Positions 1 to 14,730 are shown, counted from the stretch's first letter. The stretch: 36,080 bases of DNA from Octopus sinensis (GCF_006345805.1 NW_021824654.1:1-36080); one strand, 5' to 3'. Notes: generated by a model from the letters alone, not told the origin. Program-made: numbers and translations.

Positions 1-340
1 TTTGAGAGGGTTGAGAAGGGAAGCTGAAAGAGTTAAACAGACGGAGAGCATGATTGGTATCGTGAATGTGTAAGGAAAGGGAAGCTATTAGGGGGCAAGG
101 ACACGGTCGAAGTATTTGGAGAACATTTCTGTGGGGCTGTTACTGGTGGAGACGATAGAGCGGCCAGAATTGTTAGGCTTGTGAATTTTGGAAATGAAGT
201 AAATAGTGGGTGTGCGTGGGGTACGGACAATGAAGTTGGAGGCGGTGGGAGGAAGACAGGAGGAGGAAATGAGGTCATGAATAGTGGAAGACACAGTCTG
301 TTGGTAGTTAGGTGTGGGGTTGGAGGGGAGTGGGCAAGAA
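1..340 (-). mobile_element. 5' part of the same Penelope-like element, in the duplicated segment
   Basis: Identical to 34222-34561; SKIHKP..GRSIVS motif. Confidence 0.85.
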
Positions 341-661
341 TATGAGAGGTTTAGTTCACTGATGATCTAAACAAACTGTACGGTGCGTATGTGCTATAAC
401 CGGTCATCCGTGAGGTTCGGTGTTCACAGCTAAGGCTGGATTTAGTGATCCGTAGTAGGCTTTCAAGCCTGCAGGTATATATTAAAGAAAAATGGAAAAG
501 AAAACCAAGGCAGGACGAGTATCTCAGGTCATTAGAATATTTGATTGAAGTGAATCAAAAATGGAGAAATAGAAGTTGTTACTCCGACTCCATTTCTTAT
601 TCATCTTACTCTAACTAAATATTCTACATGAGATACTCATTCCGCCTTGGTTTTATTTTTC

Positions 662-767
<106 letters not shown>

Positions 768-1128
768 CATACATAGATACATACATACATAGACAAATAC
801 GGAAGGAATCAAGAATATTTGCATAATCTAAACAAAATTGAACTAAGATAGATAACTCAGAGTGACCAATAGCACGTATTTGAAGAACATAGACAGAAAA
901 CAGGTATATTAAATATGATACAATATAAATTCATGCTTTCCTAGAATGATACAAGCTTCTAGAAAATGTGTTGGCATTACCAAAGAATAGAGAACAACAT
1001 CTTAAAAGAAAGGGAGATAAGCTCAAAGAACAAGAATTCTCCATGTATACACCCAAACATACACGTTCACACACCCACGTATATATACACACACACACTT
1101 ACATACACACATTCTTTTATTCTCACAT

Positions 1129-1512
1129 TCTTTTACTTGTCTGAGACAGTTGATTGCGGCCATGCAAGAGCACCACTTTGAAGGGTGCTTTAGTCAAATA
1201 AATCAAACACAGGACTTATTTCTTAAGCCTAGTACTTATTCTATTGAAGTCTTTTGCCGAACCGCTAAGTGACGCGGACGTAAACACACCAGCATCGGTT
1301 GTCGAGTTATGATGGATACACAAACACACACACAGACATACGCACTCAAACATATACATACACACGACGGGCTTCTTTCAGTTTCCGTCTACCAAATCCA
1401 CTCACAACGCTTTGGTTGGCCCGAGGTTATAGCAGAAGACTCTAATCCAAGTGCTACGCAGTGGGACTGAACCTGGAACAATGTGGTTGGGAAGCAAACT
1501 TCTTACCACACA
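1129..1512 (-). mobile_element. tRNA-derived composite SINE (octopus-type)
   Basis: Minus-strand head TGTGGTAAGAAGTTTGCTTCCCAACCAC...GGTTCAGTCCC (B-box-like), body GAGTGGATTTGGTAGACGGAAACTGAAAGAAGCCCGTCG, then a (TG)n linker and a second core. Family recognised from memory. Confidence 0.75.
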
Positions 1513-1570
1513 ACTAACGCAAACACAAACATACACACCCATATATTTCTGGATCTGTACTGCTACTCAC

Positions 1571-1793
1571 CTTTTACCAAATATGATATTGTATATGACA
1601 CTCGAAGTGAAGAGTGGCAACTGTTTATTTAAGGAGAAAACGGTTTACCATTTTGAATTGAAAAGTTTCGCCTAATCTCTGGGTTTTAAAGATATCTTTT
1701 CTTCTAGAACTCTTTCCTACTCCTAGATCCCGAAGTGCTGACATGGTAAACTTTCTCTGGTCTTTCCATTGTTTTCCAGAACTAAGAAGATAC
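1571..1793 (-). pseudogene. P450 gene B exon 2, frameshifted as assembled
   Basis: Homologous to gene A exon 2 with splice sites intact, but five indels (-1,-2,-1,-1,+2). The spliced frame reaches TAG at 1725-1723. Could be sequencing error. Confidence 0.6.
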
Positions 1794-1941
1794 CTGAAAC
1801 AATTAAGGTAAAATAAACTTTTCAAACGTAATTTTGGTTTGAAATATTAAAACTAAGAATATTTGAAAATATAGAAACAATATCGAGATATTAAACATTT
1901 AGAGATTGTTTTGAATTCTTTGTTACGCATAGAATTCCTCA

Positions 1942-1994
1942 ATGCATATATACATATATATACATATATATATGTACATATATAAATATAAATA

Positions 1995-2037
<43 letters not shown>

Positions 2038-2050
2038 GTACATATATATA

Positions 2051-2106
<56 letters not shown>

Positions 2107-2161
2107 ATATATATATATAATATATTATATATATTATATATATATATATATACATATATAT
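1942..2161. repeat. (TA)n-rich microsatellite; similar arrays at 668-765, 2660-2810, 5060-5190, 6016-6080, 6350-6535, 7680-7865, 9265-9685, 27330-27372, 27585-27790, 29250-29390, 30085-30130, 30245-30430, 34889-34986
   Basis: Seen directly; these produce the YIYIYI/MYVC ORFs in the track. Confidence 0.97.
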
Positions 2162-5001
<2,840 letters not shown>

Positions 5002-5063
5002 TATCTGTTTCAACACACGACTTCACATAAAAAATCTTGCACAACAAATATTTAAAGGTATAT

Positions 5064-5115
<52 letters not shown>

Positions 5116-5152
5116 CATACACACACACACAACACACACACACACACCACAC

Positions 5153-5191
<39 letters not shown>

Positions 5192-5400
5192 CAATAATAA
5201 TTCTCTAAACGAGATATAGACAGTAACTGCTCCATAACATAAGGGACATTAGCCATTTGAATGTGGCTAGGGACAGGCAGGGGCGGTGGGGTTTTACTGA
5301 TGCATTTAGCCCTAGGCGATCATCAACGTCACACAGATAGGCTGACACCATCACGGTCTCCTCTATCCTGCAAAGGGAGATCATTCCCCGAAGAAGCGGA

Positions 5401-5452
5401 TGCCACATACGGACCTAGTTTCAAGGTATTTGCCTATCATCAACGTATGGCA
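5401..5452 (-). ncRNA. Type I hammerhead-ribozyme-like motif (unit 1)
   Basis: CAUACG-UUGAUGA-UAGGCAAAUACCUU-GAAA-CUAGG-UC-CGUAUG: 6-bp stem I, 3-bp stem II, minimal stem III. Deviations from the canonical core: C3U and a U-U pair at 10.1/11.1. Confidence 0.45.
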
Positions 5453-5751
5453 GCACCGCTCCTCGACGAACAACTTCCTGTGCAGGATTTTTATATAGAT
5501 TTTCACGTAAATACATTTACTGATTTCGAAAATCTGTTCGCACAGCAATAATAATTCTCTAAACGAGATATAGACAGTAACTGCTCCATAACATAGGGAC
5601 ATTAGCCATTTGAATGTGGCTAGGGACAGGGCAGGGCGGTGGGGGTGTTACTGATGCATTTAGCCCCAGCGATCATCAACGTCACCAGATAGGCTGACAC
5701 CATCACGGTGTCCTCTATCATGCAAAGGAGATCATTCCCCGAAGAAGCGGA

Positions 5752-5812
5752 TGCCCATACGGACCTCGGTTTCAAGGTATTTGCCTATCATCAACGTATG
5801 GCAGGCACCGCT
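5752..5812 (-). ncRNA. Type I hammerhead-ribozyme-like motif (unit 2)
   Basis: UGCCAUACG-UUGAUGA-UAGGCAAAUACCUU-GAAA-CCGAGG-UC-CGUAUGGGCA; stem I 7 bp + bulge + 2 bp. Confidence 0.45.
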
Positions 5813-6011
5813 CCTCGACGAACAACTTCCTGTGCAGGATATTTTATTATAGATTTTCACGTAAATACATTTACTGATTTCGAAAATCTGTTCGACAGCA
5901 ATAATAATTCTCTAAACGAGATATAGACAGTAACTGTTCCATAACATAAGGGACATTAGCCATTTGAATGTGGCTAGGGACAGGGCAGGGCGGTGGGGGT
6001 GTTACTGATGC

Positions 6012-6065
<54 letters not shown>

Positions 6066-6367
6066 ATATATATATATACAAATTAAATTAGAGATAAAAC
6101 CACTATTAGGCAATTCAAACAGTAAAAGACATAAACCAAAACAGAAATAAAAATAATTAATATAATATACAAAATACAAAATTAAAATTTAATTATCTAA
6201 ATTTAAATTAAAAATTTTTAATTCTTAATTTATATTTATAAATTTTTATATATATATATTTATATTATTATTATTTATTTATTTATTTAATTATTAAAAA
6301 TATAAATATATAACTATCAAATGTATTAAAGTTTAATATAAGATAAAAAGTATATATATATATATAT

Positions 6368-6415
<48 letters not shown>

Positions 6416-6427
6416 ATATAATATTTA

Positions 6428-6486
<59 letters not shown>

Positions 6487-6496
6487 TATATATGTG

Positions 6497-6536
<40 letters not shown>

Positions 6537-6619
6537 AAAGAATAAGTTCAAGCAGAACAATTCAAAAGTTTTGGGAGAGTCCAAAAGATATATTTCTAAT
6601 AATTTTCATCATATCAGAA

Positions 6620-7560
6620 TGATATCCTGCTAAAGCAAGAAATTAAATATGAAAATAACAAGTAGAGTTTTTTAGAGGCATGTATAAGATAAAATCATAT
6701 ATAAAACAGTACAAACAATTAGAAAAAAGAAACCTATACCATATGTTCGAATGGGCGACTCACCTAATACAAACCACCATAGCAATAAGGAAAGCAAGAA
6801 TATCATCATTTGGATTATAATTCCTTTTGCTAAGCATTGAAGGTCAGATATATTAGATCCATTATTAAATAAAATAAAATAAAAAAAAACTCTAGATATG
6901 CTAATATATTCAATAACAAAATTATCAGATTTGGTTTTTCTGTAGCTGTAAACCTATTTAAGATTATTTCCACTTTTAACATGAGAAAATTAAACAATTT
7001 CTACGATGGAAAAACCCACTCTACTACACATACTAACCTCAATAATTCCAATAACTCCATATCTATTAACAACGACTATCATAATCACATAACCCCAATT
7101 TCCCTTAATGCATATAGGCATTACAATAGACTTTCCAATATTAGTCCTAATTGTAACTGTAGACACCCAAATACCTGTGGGGTAAAAGGTAACTGTAAAA
7201 AGAAAAATGTAGTATACCAAGCTACTATTACAACCCATAATCTCTCTAAGTTTAATTATATAGGTTGTACACAGAACATATTTAAATTGAGCTTCAGTAA
7301 CCATAAGTCACCTTTTAATGACCCTCGGAAAGAAAATAGTACCGGTCTATCAAAAATGGTTTGGCAAATGAAAAGAGATAACATAGATAACACAATTTCT
7401 TGGAAGATTATTTCTTCTGCTCCTTCTTATAGGATTAGCAATAGGACATGTCTTTTATGCCTAAAAGAATATTATAAAATCATGAAAATGAATAATTCTC
7501 TCTTAAATTCGAGAGATGAGTGAGATTGTTCTTGTAAACATGTCTAAATTTCTTTTTATT
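6620..7560 (+). mobile_element. Penelope-like element 3' fragment with GIY-YIG endonuclease
   Basis: ORF 6981-7523: CNCR..TC..KGNC..KNVVYQA..YIGCT..FK..F.NHK..T.LSK.VW..K..W.II..C.LCLKE..LNSRDE, preceded by a degenerate RK..IIW..PF segment. Confidence 0.85.
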
Positions 7561-7770
7561 AACCTTAAATAGGTCTTTTTCTCCACAACCACTTTCTTCA
7601 TATTGGTTCTTATTCTACTCATTGCCTCTCCCTAATTCTTCATATAATACCCCCAATTTACATATCTACTACACACACACACACATATATATATATGTAT
7701 ATGAGTATATATATATATGTATATGTCAATGTATATATGTGTTTGTGTGTGTATATATATGTGTATGTGC

Positions 7771-7818
<48 letters not shown>

Positions 7819-7865
7819 GCATATTTGTATATATATGTAAATATGTGTGTATGTATGTGTATATG

Positions 7866-9264
7866 GTGGTGGTGAGATCTCGAATAACCCAATTTCTGGA
7901 AAGCAACAGACGGCTGATCTCCAACCAACATGGGTTCCGTAATGGAAGGGACTGCCTAACGCAGCTCCTGCATCACTTTGAGGACATTTTGAGAGCTTTG
8001 GGAGAGGGCTCCAACACCGATGTCATCTACCTTGATTTCAGTAAGGCCTTCGACAGGGTTGATCACAAGATCCTATTGAAAAAACTATCCAACATTGGTG
8101 TCTCTGGAAATTTACTGAAATGGATCAAGTCTTTCCTGACAGACAGATCTCAACATGTTGTAGTTGAAGGGGTAAAATCAAGTCCAGCCAAAGTCAGTAG
8201 TGGCGTTCCGCAAGGCACTGTGCTGGGCCACTTCTTTTCATCATTTACATTAATGACATTAATGACATCATCAAGCACAGCAACATAAAATCTTTGCAGA
8301 TGACTCCAAGCTACAGAAGGTCATAAATGAGGCGAGTGACCGGACATGCCTCAGTCAGATCTACTGGCTGTTATCCAATGGGCAGAAAAAACAATATGCT
8401 GCTGAACGGGGATAAATTTGAGCTAATCCACTTTGGAAAAGAGGATGCCCTGAAACTCCCATACTCCCTTCCTTCAGGTGAAACTCTCGCGGCGTCCAAC
8501 ACCATCAGAGTCTTGGGAGTAATTGTGGACAACAACATAAGCTGGGCCACTCATATAAACACCAAGTTGACATGGCCCGCAGAATGTGTTCCTGGATTCT
8601 CAGAACTTTCCAGTCGAGAGATATCCACACCATTATCCTTCTCTTCTCCACTTTTGCCCGACCCCACCTTGAATACTGTTGTCCACTGTGGTCTCCCCAC
8701 ACAATACAGGTATCATAAAAGTTGAAGCACCTCAAAGGGCAATCACAAAAAAGATAGATGGCATGACAGGCCTCGACTATTGGGGTCGACTAGAAAAGCT
8801 AAAACTCTATTCTCTCCAACGTCGTCGTGAGCGCTACATCATCTGTATGATGTGGAAAATTTCCATCATATCGCCCAAATGATGTTGGCATCACCTTTAA
8901 GGTACATCCAAGGCTTGGGCCCCGTGCCATCCGCCAAAACAAAAATCGCACTCTCATCTCATAACAACAATACGGCACAATTATTTCACCTCAATTGGCC
9001 CCGCTCTCTTTAACATTACACCAAAACCACACATAAAACAGAAACTGACCCTATAGGGTTCAAGAAGTCTTTGGACAGATTCCTTCAAGAAATCCCGGAT
9101 AAACCCCCTACACCCGGATATGTCTCTGAAACAATAACTCTCTACTTGAGTGGGCCATAGTGCCCAAATTCTGACTTGAAAGACTTCGCCAGGTGGTGCT
9201 ATTAAGTTAGACATGGCCTGGGCCAATAATGGCCGAAACCTATCAAAGTATCAAAGTATCAAAG
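7866..9264 (+). mobile_element. CR1/L2-group LINE 3' fragment (RT), degenerate
   Basis: NQHGFR..CLTQLL, YLDFSKAFDRVDH, SGVPQGTVLG, FADDSK-like, LYSLQRRRER; ends in a (TATCAAAG)3 tail at 9241-9264. Confidence 0.9.
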
Positions 9265-9564
9265 TATATGCATGTGTATGTATGTATGTATGTATGTATG
9301 TGCGTATATATGTATGTATGCACATATATGTGTAAATATGCGTATATGTATGTATGTAAGTGTCCATGCATATATATGTCTATGTGCGTATTTATATATG
9401 TATGTGTATACGTGTGCATGTGTGTGTATGTATATATATATGAGTGTGTATATATGTATGTATATATGTATGTATATATGTATATGTATGTGTATATGTT
9501 TGCATATCTGTATCCATATGTGTATGCATGTATACATATGTATGTGTGTATATATATATTTGTG

Positions 9565-9609
<45 letters not shown>

Positions 9610-9636
9610 ATATGTATATATATTTGTGTATGTATG

Positions 9637-9675
<39 letters not shown>

Positions 9676-10081
9676 TATATTGATATATATTGTTACTATT
9701 ATTTTTCATATACCTATGTGAGTATTTTTTTTCCTGTACATACATCCATATATTTCTTGTGTGTAGTTCGTATGTATGTTGACAATAAATTTATACAATA
9801 ATCCATAAATTCAAAATAAGAGGTCGTGAATAAAAAGGAAAAGAAATAAACAAGTAAAAGTGAACAGATAAAGTATATAAGATAACCTATCTTTGTGTCT
9901 TCAGAGTCGTATATCTGTTGAAAGATAGTGTCTGCATTAAAGTCGTTTTGGTCGCCGTGACGGTACAACTTACCTGTTTAGTAACATCACACTGCTGTCT
10001 GTAGCCAAGAATTGTTGGAGATTTACGGCACCGATTAATTTAGTAACAGGCTGCTAGTGAAAATATTAACTATGTTTACCC

Positions 10082-10232
10082 ATTTTGCCTTTCATCCTTT
10101 CGGGGGTCGATAAAGGGACTACAAATTGAACACTGGGGTCGATGTAATCGACTTACCCTCCTCCCAGAAAGTGCTGACCTTGTGCCAAAATTTGAAACCA
10201 TTATGATTATTATTATTATTATCATTATTATT
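10082..10232 (+). mobile_element. SINE fragment with a (TTA)n tail
   Basis: GCCTTTCATCCTTTCGGGGTCGATAAA..CTGGGGTCGATGTAATCGACT core shared with 15848-16071, then (TTA)n. Confidence 0.7.
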
Positions 10233-13060
10233 CAGTAGTTTTATTTTTATAGCGTGCTTTCACTTCACTACCGAGCGCAGCTCTGTGTGCCTTGGGTATG
10301 TGCTGTGATTTGTTGTGATGCTCTGATGGTTATTGTATGGAAAGTGTTCTGCGTAGGATGTGAGCAGTGCCTAGTAGTGCAATTTTCTGTATGTTATATG
10401 TGTTTGTAAGTCCTGGTGTTCTTGTTATGTATTTGTCTGAATATTTTTTTATCATGCCTAATGCACCTACTATGATAGGAATTGTTTCTGTTTTCAGATT
10501 CCACATTCTAGTTACCTCTATTTCCAGGTTTTTGTATTTTGAGAGTTTCTCCATTTCTTTTAGAGACACGTTGTCATCTGCCGGTATTGATACATCAATT
10601 AGAAAGCATTTTTTTTCTTCATGATCTCTGACAACTATATCTGGTCTGTTGGCCTTAATTTCTCTATCTGTGTGTATCGGCATATCCCAGAGTATGGTTG
10701 CTTTCTCGTTTTCTGTGACCTTTTCTGGTGTGTGCCTATGCCATCTTTTTTTTGTTATTATTCCATAATGTTGGCATAGCTTCCAATGTATGTAGGTTCC
10801 AACTCTGTCATGTCTGTGAATATATTCCTTCTTAGCCAGGACTGGGCAGCTAGAGATAATATGATTTATTGTTTCTTGTCCATCTCCACATATTCTGCAG
10901 TTACTTGTAATATTTCTTTTCATTACATGTTTTTGGTAATTTCTGGTGGGGAGGCTTTGGTCTTGTGCTGCAATTAAAAATCCCTCTGTCTCTGCTTTGA
11001 GTCCTGAGCTTCTCAACCATTGCTGGGATTTTTCTTTGTCTATTTCTTTTGCGTTTAGTTTAGTGCAGGATTTACCATGAAGGGGCTTTTCTTGCCATCG
11101 TTTTATCATGGCTCGTTGCTGTTTAATTTTTGGTTGGATTTCATTTGTTTTATAGCTTTTGTTGTTTCTTCATCATCTTCTTCTTTGTGTTTATTAGGTG
11201 GTATGATTTCTTGTTTGTATTTGTCAGCTTCCTTAAATACTGAGAACAGTTTTTTGTTTTGCTCGTGTTTTGCTGCTATCTGGATCAGTTTTCCTTCCTT
11301 CTGAAGTAGGTATTTTTGCAGTCCTATGGTGGTTATTTTATAGTAGTTTTCCAGCTGTATAAGGCCTCTTCCACCTTCTATACGTTGTATATGTAGTCTT
11401 TCTATGTCAGATTTTGGGTGATGCATCCTAGATCCTGTCAGTGTTTTTCTTGTTTTCCTATCTATTTTGGACAGTTCATTTCGTGTCCAGTTAAGGATAT
11501 TGTAGCTGTAACTTATAACTGGGACAGCTAAAGTGTTGATACCTATTATCTTGTTTTTAGCATTGAGCTCTGTTTTTAGTATTGATCTAACTCGTCTATA
11601 ATATTCTTTTTTTATTTTCTCTTTCATTCGTGTGTGTTGTGTCTTATCTAGTTCATGGATTCCTAAGTATTTGTAAGTTTGGCTTTGGTCTAATTCTTTT
11701 ATTTCATTGGTTTTATCTAGTGTGATGTTGTTACTCTTAACTAGTTTTCCTCTTTTCATGGTTACTTTGGCGCATTTTTCTAATCCAAATTTCATATCTA
11801 TTTCTTTGGTAAATCCATGAACTGTCTTTAATAGTGTTTCCAGCTGTTTGTCATTTGCAGCGTATAGTTTTAGGTCATCCATATATAAAAGGTGGCTGAT
11901 CGTTTTGCCGTAACATTTATATCCGCATCCAGTTCTATTTAGCATATCAGATAGAGGTGACAGTGCCAAGCAGAAAAGGAGTGGAGAGAGCGTGTCTCCC
12001 TGGAATATTCCTCTTCTAATGGGGATGTCTTTGGTTTTCATGAGTCCCTCCTTTGTTTGGAGGTGTAGGACTGTTTGGCATTTATTCATAGAGTGCTCTA
12101 TGAATTTTATGATTATTGGTGCTACTTTGTTAATGGCTAGTGTTTCGAGGATCCATGTGTGGGGGATGCTATCAAACGCCTTTTTGTAGTCAATCCAGGC
12201 CATACTGAGGCCTTTCTTCTTTCTGTAGCTGTCTTCAGTTACGGCTTTATTAATCATTAGCTGATCTTTACAGCCATATGAGCCCTTGCGGCATCCTTTC
12301 TGCTCTTCTGGGAACAGTTTGTTTTCGTCCAGGTGCTTGTTCAGCCTTTGTGATATCACTGCAGTAAATGCCTTGAACATAGTAGGGAGGCAGGTTATTG
12401 GTCTGTAGTTTTCTGGTTTTGTTGTTTCATTTGATTTGGGAATTAAGATGGTTTTCCCCTTCGTGAGCCATTCAGGCATTGTCTCTGGCTCTGCTAGTAT
12501 GCTGTTAAAGTTTTCAGCCAGCTTTTTGTGCATTCCTGTTAGATATTTCAACCAGAAGTTGGGGATCTTGTCATGCCCAGGTGCCTTCCAGTTGCTTAGT
12601 TTTTGCAGTGCCTGGGTGACCTCTTCAGTTGTTATGGGGGTCCAAAGTTGTTCAGATGCCGAGTTTGTTATTTTCATACTCCTTGTTTTTGGCTGTTCGT
12701 TCGCCGACCATATTTCTCTCCAGAATTCCTCCAATTCTTCTGTCGTTGGTGCTGCAGTGACTTCTATTTTATTTTTGCCCAGTTCTTGGTAGAACTTTTT
12801 GGGGTCGGAGTTGAACTTTTTGTTCTGTTCAAAGAAGCGTTGGCGTTTCTCGTACCGGCGGATCCTTTGAGCTTTGGCAAGGATATCTTGCTTCAGCTTT
12901 TCTTTTATCTCATGCAAATCTTTTTCTGTGATGTTATATTTGCGGAGCATTTTTGTTCTCTTTTTTTTGCTCAGTAGCGTTGCTTGTTTGCTTATTTCAT
13001 TAAGAATCGACAGGTCTTTTCTAATTTTTTTTATTTTGTTTTGGATGTTATTTATCTTTC
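10233..13060 (-). mobile_element. R4/Dong-clade non-LTR retrotransposon, 5'-truncated, one frameshift
   Basis: 614-aa ORF with WKAPG.D, NYRPITCL, WIDYKKAFDS, RGIFQGDTLSPLLF, HLLYMDDLKL; overlapping 259-aa ORF with CCHC (CRICG..ETINHIISSC) and restriction-like RPD..D endonuclease; 3' end abuts (TAA)n. Confidence 0.9.
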
Positions 13061-13085
13061 TTCTTCTTGTTTTGGATGTTATTTA

Positions 13086-13207
13086 TCCTTCTTCTTCTTC
13101 TTCTTCTTCTTCTTCTTCTTCTTCTTCTTCTTCTTCTTCTTCTTCTTCTTCTTCTTCTTCTTCTTCTTCTTCTTCTTCTTCTTCTTTTTCTTCTTCTTCT
13201 TATTCTT
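13086..13207. repeat. (TTC)n/(GAA)n microsatellite between two Dong-like elements
   Basis: Seen directly; ~40 units with a few interruptions. Confidence 0.98.
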
Positions 13208-13208
13208 C

Positions 13209-13672
13209 TTTTTCTTCTTCTTCTTCCTCAACACAGCGTAGGTAAAAATGCACCGGAGTCTTTAGTCGTCTATCTATTCACAACAATGAAATCAGACAGG
13301 TAATACTTTCCTTAAGATGTGCGCTGAGCCCAATAAGGCTGCTTTTTGCAAGACATCAATCTTGCATGTGATTTCCAGTTGCCTTCAGAAGACTTGAAGT
13401 TTCAATAGGATTGAGCCCAACGCTCCACTCATCACTGCTGGTATCATTTTACATTATCCTTTCGCATTCCATACAGTTTGCCATTTCCACTTCAATTCGG
13501 AGTATTTGATGATTTTTTTCAACCTTTTTACTCACATCATTCATGTAATTTGGCATGGCTGCATCAATGATCTGACAGTATTTGTCTCTCTTATTCAATA
13601 CGATAATATCCAGCTGACGGTGTTCGGTTACACGATCCGTCTGAAAACCATAGTCCCAGAATATCATTAATT
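13209..13672 (-). mobile_element. Second R4/Dong-like element, 3' end (endonuclease domain to 3' UTR)
   Basis: FWDYGFQTDRVTEHRQLDIIVL..IIDAA and IPAVMSGALG..LQKAALLGSAHILRKVL*; diverged from the first copy. Confidence 0.8.
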
Positions 13673-14105
13673 TTCCAGAGGACGAATTAGTATAGACCAT
13701 TGTATAAGGAGTGAAAGGAGAACGCTTGCCGAGTATTTGATAAATAGTGACGAAGACCAGCTGCAATATGCCGCGAAAGATATAGGTGTCTTTGCAAATG
13801 AAGTGATGGGCAAGGAAGAGTTTAACCAAAGAGATGAGGAGAAGAGAAATGAAGACCTTCTTGAAATGAGAATGTGCGGACAGTTTGAAAGGAATACACA
13901 GGGCGTTAAGGATAATACTGCATCGTGGACATGGCTTGAGCGAGGTGGTTTGAAGTGTACCATCGCAAGCTGGATCATTCCTGCCCAAGACCAGGCTCTC
14001 GCTACCAACTCAGTGAAGTATAATATCTATAAAACTTTTGACACCCAGAAATGCAAACTCAGTGGAAAGAGTGTGGAAAATGTGAGCCACCTGGTAAGTG
14101 GATGA
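13673..14105 (+). mobile_element. R4/Dong-like fragment in inverted orientation (post-RT linker and zinc knuckle)
   Basis: GQFERN..SWTWLERGGLK..IPAQDQALATN..KCKL..VENVSHLVSG parallels WLRSSGLKAETEG..AAQDQ..CRIC..ETINHIISSC of the first element. Confidence 0.8.
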
Positions 14106-14132
14106 GAAAGCCTTACACAAAAAGAATGCAAG

Positions 14133-14560
14133 CGCCGCCACGACATTTATTATCCTTAACGTCCTGTGTATTCCGTTCAAACTGTCCATGCATTTTCATT
14201 TCAAGGTTTTTTATTTTCTCGTCTTTGAATTTCAAGCAATTCATTATCTAGTTCGTTAATTTTCCCTGCATGTGCACCCACCACAGTATCAGGGTTCACT
14301 CTATAACGTTTCTGTTCCTCATCTTTAACCGCCCCATCACCATTTCCCTGTTCCTCCTGTCTACTCTTCTCCCCGCTTTCAACTCCTACCTCTCTGTTTT
14401 CAACTCCGACCATCCTTTGTAGCCAATCCTCAGTGTCTCTCAGACTCTCACTAATCCGAGATATTCCAACTCCAGTTAAGTAACCCTTCCTCCTAATCTC
14501 TCTCACTTGGTTCATTAGTTTATTTGCTACTCCTATAAAGGTGGAAGCTATGCCGAAGCG
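14133..14560 (-). mobile_element. Further Dong-like fragments (inverted copy of ~13845-13938 plus a probable N-terminal ORF piece)
   Basis: 14133-14228 is the approximate reverse complement of 13845-13938; LMNQVREIRRKGYLT resembles R4/Dong N-terminal regions (from memory). Confidence 0.5.
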
Positions 14561-14599
14561 ATTGACAGTGGGCACTGCTCCGGCCCATTACGTTCTGAA

Positions 14600-14730
14600 T
14601 TCAAATTTTGATTTAAAATCGCGAAAGGAGTAAGTCGATTAAATTGACACCGGTGTTCAACTGGTAGTTATTTTATGGAACCCGAAAGAATGAAAGGAAA
14701 ATCGGCCCCAGCGGCTTTTGAAATCAAAGT
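14600..14730 (-). mobile_element. SINE fragment
   Basis: Reverse complement carries the CCTTTCATTCTTTCGGG..ATAAAATAACTACCAG..ATCGACTT core. Confidence 0.6.

Larger units (their letters stand above)
5191..6015. repeat. Tandem array of a ~354-bp unit (5191-5544, 5545-5897, partial 5898-6015) flanked by (TA)n
   Basis: Each unit begins gcaataataattctctaaacgag; copies differ mostly by 1-nt indels. Confidence 0.95.

Noticed and set aside
1440-1512. tRNA gene at SINE heads (also 15848-15920 and 21553-21615)
   Set aside because: Only A/B-box-like remnants joined to SINE bodies; no cloverleaf.
5002-5045. Additional hammerhead-like TGAAG..GAAAC on the minus strand
   Set aside because: Core incomplete and no stem I or II pairing.
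5191-6015. Tandem array as CRISPR or satellite-encoded ORF
   Set aside because: Eukaryotic context, no short repeat/unique spacer structure, and the unit ORFs are not kept in frame between copies.
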